In this document: in pieces, positions 59,153 through 64,000 of the stretch
How the letters are laid out: every line of letters begins with the position of its first letter
Numbering within the stretch: position 1 is the first letter of the stretch
Origin: Salpingoeca rosetta
Taxonomy: Eukaryota; Protista; Choanoflagellata
DNA length: 64,000 nt
Assembly (NCBI GenBank): GCA_033442325.1
Contig: JAWQFM010000014.1
Location: 51,095-115,094 of the forward strand
Reading direction: 5' to 3'
Made by a program: the position numbers and the translations under genes
The notes under the pieces: model-generated
What the model was told of the DNA's origin: nothing
The model's input: only the letters and a program-made list of their open reading frames with translations
Database searches by the model: none

Positions 59153-62100
59153 TTAGATAAACTCCTCGTCATCGAGCATATCCTCTTCCTGCTCCTCTTC
59201 ATCGCCTTCATCGCCTTCCTCGCCCTCAAGCTCTTCTTCATCGTTCTCGGGGATGGCAATGATCTTGAGAATCTCCTACACAGCCGCCCCATCAAATGCC
59301 AAGATCAGAAACCACACACAACACGCGTGAGAAGACAGTCGTTGCAGAATACAGAAAGCGACAAGAAGCGCGTGTGGGTGGGAGACGGGGGTTGACTTCA
59401 GTTGAAACATACACAACACACACACACACAACCTAACTCCAGCCGAACCTTGAGGGGATCCTTGAAGATGAGGTAGTCGCCGTCCTCTTGGTCAAGAAGG
59501 AGATCAACGAGCGAACGGACGATGCCCCAGCCGTTTTGCATGTTGATGGCAAGCTGCTTGGCAAGCTTGGCCGTGGCATGTGGCTGCACCGTCAGAATCT
59601 CGTGCTTGGTCGCAGAGTTGGGCGATGCGCGCGACACGAACCTGGCCACATTCAAACAAAGACACGAAATGACAAGGGAACAGATACAGAACATTGACGC
59701 AGATGCATGCGTGAGTACACGTGCGAGAATGACATGCCACCTCCACACATCGCAAGGGTTTCAGGTGCAGCCACACACACACGCACACACACACACATAC
59801 ACTTGCCGCGAGTACTGACCCCATCTTCAGCTCCCTGTTGCCAGCAAGCATTGCCTGCACAACCCAGCGGGAGATCTTGCACGAGTTGTCCTTCAGCGCG
59901 GCAGCCCACACAGCGCCCTTCTGCGCTCAGCAAACCCCCCCCCAACAGTCGAGCAGCGCAGTTTGGGCGGCATATCAGTCAGCATCAACCAACACCACGA
60001 GCAGCAATTGGTCACTCTTTACCATGCTCAACACCACAAGCACTGATTCTGTACGGGCGCGCGTGTGTGAACAACGCCATCAGCAAGCCAGCCACGATGT
60101 GATCACAATTACACTTGACAAACGCAACACCTTAGACGGACCTGGCTCTCGAGCCGCGATCGCCAGCCGTTCTGGCGCAGGTCAGGGTACCACTCGTTGA
60201 TGGAGCAGAGGGAGGCAAAGTACTTGGCGGTCTTGCCCTTGACGAGCGCGTCGTGCGTGCAGCGAACAAGCATGGTGACGTCGTCCTCAAGATCCCAGAG
60301 ACGATACCGGTAGCCGACCTTGTGCCGCGCTGCGTTGGTGGGGTCTGGGTTGCCCATGGACACCGTCTCCTTAGACCAGCACTGCTCTTGGAAGTGCTGG
60401 TTGACAAAGGTGGCCTCGCGGTTGAGGTTGAGCTGGTGGTTCGGGTGGCGCGGGTCAGTCGAGAAGTGCGGGTTGGGCCCGTTCTCGTTCACAGTCAAGT
60501 AGTCTGTTGATGGCCATCATGGACAGGGAGGCAGAGGGCGGGAAAGTCAACGTGAGCACATACACAAAAGGTCGGCAAGTAGGACAAGTGAGAGGCTGCA
60601 TCGTGCAGCAATAACAGCAGAAGTGGCAGCACCACCAGCACCACCAACAGCACCAGGAACAACAACAACAACAACAGCTGCTACATTCGGCACAGACGCG
60701 AGCGGTGACCCGCATAGTGTCAGTGAAGTGGGAAGAGCACATGGACAACAACGTACCGAGGCGGGACTTCTCGCGCTTGTCAAAGACGAGACGCTCGCCC
60801 TCCTTGTGCACAATCACGTCCCAGGAGTAGAACGAACGGGCAGCAACCATGATTGCAGCAAGAATGTCGTCCGTGATAAAAACGGATGCGGCGTCCTTTT
60901 CCATAAACTACACGCGCGCAAGGACAAGAGAGAGGCAAGTTGGAGAGCCAATCCAGGCGTGTGGTGGGCTGAAGAGAAGAGGGAAAGGGAAGAAGGCGCA
61001 TGAAGATCGGCACAACACAAGCCAGCATGAACCGCAGCACTCGCAGGCAGTCGCACACGCACCGTCTTCATGACGGGGTCTGCAGACGTTGTGAGAGCAA
61101 CGTGGCGAGATGATCGTGCGGGAATGTGAAGACGCCTGAAACCGTAAGAAAACACACAAGGAGTATCGACGAGCGGGAGAGAAAGAGAGTGCGTGTGAGA
61201 CGGGGATTACAAAAGCCAGGGAAGGATGTGTCCGTGATATTGCCCAGCTTCGCGCATGCGTGCAGCGCCCATTGCGCACACAACATCAACGTGGACCAGA
61301 CACACACACACACAAGGAAAACAAACAAAATAATACCACACGTCACACATCACACACACACACGACTGACTTTGCGGTCTTGGGGCGAATGGTGTTGAGG
61401 CCAGGGTTGTACACGTGGACGTCGCCCGCCAAATGAAGATCCTTCGGAGGCTCGACCTCGAGGAAAGGCTTGGCCAGCTTGGAGAACTCGAGCTCGCGAA
61501 TGATGTCCCAGTGCGCCTTGATCTCTGTAGAGGGGCCCAGGCTGCGGTGTTGGTAGCGCTCGCCACGCCGCTTGGCGGCCGCGTTCCACTTGGCGCGAAG
61601 CTGACGCTCCTGGCGTTGACGATCGCGCATGATGTTCTTGTTGCGGGACATGGGCTGCTGTTGTGGTGTGGGCTTCTTCTCAACACGGCGCTGTGGACGG
61701 CGCTGTGTGTGTGTGTGCGCGCGCATGGGCGACAAGGGGGTAAGCGGTGCTCAATATAAGGCACACGGCAAGCAAGGGGTGGGTGTGGGCTGGTGCGGAC
61801 GTGGGTAAATAGCGGTGTTGTTGGTGTGCTCAGTGCTTGTGGTGAGGTCCGTTGAAATGAGGAAGGAAAAGATGAGCGATGAAGAGTAAGATGAAGGAGT
61901 AAGGAGGAAAGAAATGTCGTGCTAGCATGACTCTGAATGCAATCGAGCAAACACGCAGTAAACGTGATGCCCAAACCGGCCGCAAAAAAGCGACGCGAAT
62001 TACATGGGCGCGAGAGCAGTCCTAAGGGACACGCACAGGCGCGGAGGCTGGGGGCTTTCACCGTGCATACGCACGACAAAACAGGACACTTTGAAGTTAG

Positions 62101-62837
62101 GGAAGGCGAGTCTGCAAGCAGACAGCCGTGCCCCCTTTTCGAAAGCGCTGCTGTTGCTTATCGAGACAGAACGTCAAGACAGGCGCCAGACCCACGCAGC
62201 CGACCCGCGTTTCGTTTGTCTCTCAAGGAAGCGAGTTGACCGTGTGTTGGTCTCAGTGCCGAGGGCTTTGAATGAAACAAACAAAGCAAGCGGCCATGAT
62301 CGCATAAGGATCACTCAACCACACAACTCTCCTTGATTTCTTGTGTTCAAAAGGTGGTAGGAAGGAAGGAAGGGAGGAACGAGAATTGGGGGGGGGGCGA
62401 AAAAGAAGGACAATGGGGAGGGCAAAGTAAAAACAAGACACGAGAGGAGAAGGAAGCTGGGAGTGGGGATTGCCAGCAAGGCATGTGAGCTGTGTGTGTG
62501 TGTGTGTGTTAATGAGAAGTTGTCGGGTGACATGGTGGTTGAGGGACGTACGTGAATGCGACGACGGGTCGTTTGGGGCTTGGCAGTGTCCACGAGGGTA
62601 AAGTCCTTGGTGGTCTCATGTTCGAACACAAAGCTGGAGCCTGCGGCTGCCTTTGCCGCGCGCTGTGCACGCTCCACACGCTCTAAATAAACCCAAATGT
62701 TGCATCGAAAAAGGTGGGAGAGTGTACACGGAATGATGATGAAGTGAGTGACGGTGGTGGTGGTGGTGGTGGTGGTGGTGGTGGTGGTGTAATGGTCACA
62801 TGTGTGCGTACATGTGCGTAAATGCGCGGTCATGTGC

Positions 62838-62888
<51 letters not shown>

Positions 62889-63099
62889 ACGAAGAGAAGG
62901 AGGTGGACACNNNNNNNNNNNNNNNNNNNNNNNNNNNNNNNNNNNNNNNNNNNNNNNNNNNNNNNNNNNNNNNNNNNNNNNNNNNNNNNNNNNNNNNNNN
63001 NNNNNNNNNNCAAAGAAATCTACCCTCTTAGATGACGCCGTTGCCGCCCATCTCCCTCGTCTGTCGTGAGGAGGGATCATCTAACACGAAGTCGGCCAT
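59153..63099 (-). CDS. EIF3D: Eukaryotic translation initiation factor 3 subunit D; 5' part interrupted by gap 62911-63010
   Basis: FTLVDTAK, TTSADPV, VFITDDILAAIM..RSFYSWDVIV, DYLTVNE, EATFVNQHF, GYRYRLWDL, INEW, WGIVR, YLIFKDP and an acidic tail. Confidence 0.9.
61912..62336 (-). ncRNA. Candidate intronic structured RNA (H/ACA-like) in an eIF3d intron
   Basis: Microsatellite-free intron segment with a long 5' hairpin (TCAAGGA/TCCTTGA, GAGTTG/CAACTC), an ANANNA box (AGACAA) just after it, further stems and ACA+3 nt at the 3' end. Confidence 0.4.
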
Positions 63100-63517
63100 G
63101 ATTCTTGGTGGTGCTCCCACCCACCTCCTCCTCGCAGCAACTGAAGGAGAGAGGAGGGAGGGGTGACAAACAACTGTTGAGGTCTTCACTGACGGCGGCG
63201 CGCCGACATCCGCGGCGGCGATAGCGTGCCACAGGCGGGAGACTTCCACGGAAGAGAACGCGGTCAGAAGCAAACGGCCGGCAGTTCTTCACAATGGGAA
63301 GAGGGAGGATGACGGCTCCACACATCGTAACAAAGCCGACCACTAATCAAAAAAGCCAACCACCATGAACATCCCCGCGGCAGCCACGGCGGCAGGCAAC
63401 GCCACAAAACCACCAACCAACAACAAGCAGCAAAGCGAGTACAAAGCAGCAGCAAGCAACCAAACCAACCAACCACTTTCCCGCCCGCGAACGACGACAA
63501 GCACAGCATTGGTATGT

Positions 63518-63519
<2 letters not shown>

Positions 63520-63559
<40 letters not shown>

Positions 63560-63603
63560 TGGTGTGGGGGGTGGAAGGTGTTGGCAATGGAAGATGGACG
63601 TGG

Positions 63604-63644
<41 letters not shown>

Positions 63645-63695
63645 TGGTGTGGGGGGTGGAAGGTGTTGGCAATGGAAGATGGACGTGGCTGTGTG
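63520..63695. repeat. 85-bp tandem duplication ((GT)n plus a 47-bp unique core) between eIF3d and the E2 gene
   Basis: ctggtgtggggggtggaaggtgttggcaatggaagatggacgtggct occurs at 63559 and 63644. Confidence 0.9.
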
Positions 63696-63857
63696 TGCGT
63701 GCGTGTGTGCGTGAGTGTGTGTGTGTGTGTGTGTGTACGTACGCGTACATGGGTTTGCTCTGCATGATAACCTGTGTTTGTGGGCACAACACCCAACACG
63801 CTCAACCTGCTCCGCGCGGACAGGTTGGTGTGATCGATCGATTGCGGTTGTTTGGCC

Positions 63858-63920
63858 ATGGCAAACTCTGCTGCGTTGGTGCGCCTTCGCAAGGAGCTCA
63901 AGTCCATCCAGGCTGATGAG
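63858..63920 (+). CDS. First exon of a ubiquitin-conjugating enzyme E2 (UBE2K/UBC1-like), 3'-partial
   Basis: gcc[24 protein letters not shown] followed by a GT donor; R-L-x-K-E-L is the helix-1 motif of E2 enzymes. Confidence 0.7.
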
Positions 63921-64000
63921 GTCAGGACAATAGGCGTATGCGTGTGTGTTTGTGTGTGTCTGTGTGTGTTTGTGTGTGTCTGTGTGTGTGTGTGTGTACA

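Noticed and set aside
62040-62070. GGTGAAAGCCCCC resembling cobalamin riboswitch or RNase MRP CR-I motifs
   Set aside because: The partner motifs (AGGGAA and B12 box; a downstream GGGGCU CR-V) are not in the required order. Kept only as part of the generic ncRNA candidate.
62096-62102. CCCTAAC as a confident telomerase RNA template
   Set aside because: Only 7 nt, with no clear U-rich/A-rich pseudoknot downstream; this could occur by chance.
62200-62270. CTGAGA..ACAC..AACT (minus strand) resembling a TPP riboswitch core
   Set aside because: The CUGAU/GAUAAU..GCG..GG pyrophosphate-binding arm is absent, and the host gene is unrelated to thiamine.
63011-63099. Premature stop in eIF3d exon 1
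   Set aside because: It lies at the edge of a sequencing gap, so a low-quality consensus is more likely than pseudogenisation.

Overview
This is eukaryotic, gene-dense and very intron-rich DNA, with (GT)n/(CA)n microsatellites filling most introns and six N-gaps. The style and gene content resemble a choanoflagellate such as Salpingoeca rosetta; this is an inference and was not verified. Most supplied ORFs are microsatellite noise, so genes were rebuilt by manual splicing. About 18 protein genes were found: SNX13/14/25-type sorting nexin (3' part), MAGT1/TUSC3 (OST3/6), RBM26/27, a short ATP-Mg/Pi mitochondrial carrier, IDI1, a highly diverged INTS8-like gene, PRMT7, an atypical Arf GTPase, CWC25, a GT34-like glycosyltransferase, ABCF3/GCN20, SLC41A, mitochondrial thioredoxin, PRIM1, a glutathionyl-hydroquinone reductase, RRP8, eIF3d and the first exon of a UBE2K-like E2. 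CWC25 lies between two identical tRNA-Asp(GTC) genes. The most interesting leads are: (1) a microsatellite-free, highly structured ~425-nt H/ACA-like element in an eIF3d intron; (2) an Arf whose G3 motif reads WDVGLR instead of WDVGGQ; (3) a cryptic INTS8 homologue with no visible WFEF motif; (4) introns whose 3' splice sites abut (GT)n/(CA)n with no polypyrimidine tract; (5) four co-oriented genes separated by only 73-261 bp. Several oddities are probably assembly or sequencing artefacts: the PRIM1 627-bp duplication, the CWC25 frameshifts and the missing exons. Family assignments come from recalled motifs, not database searches.
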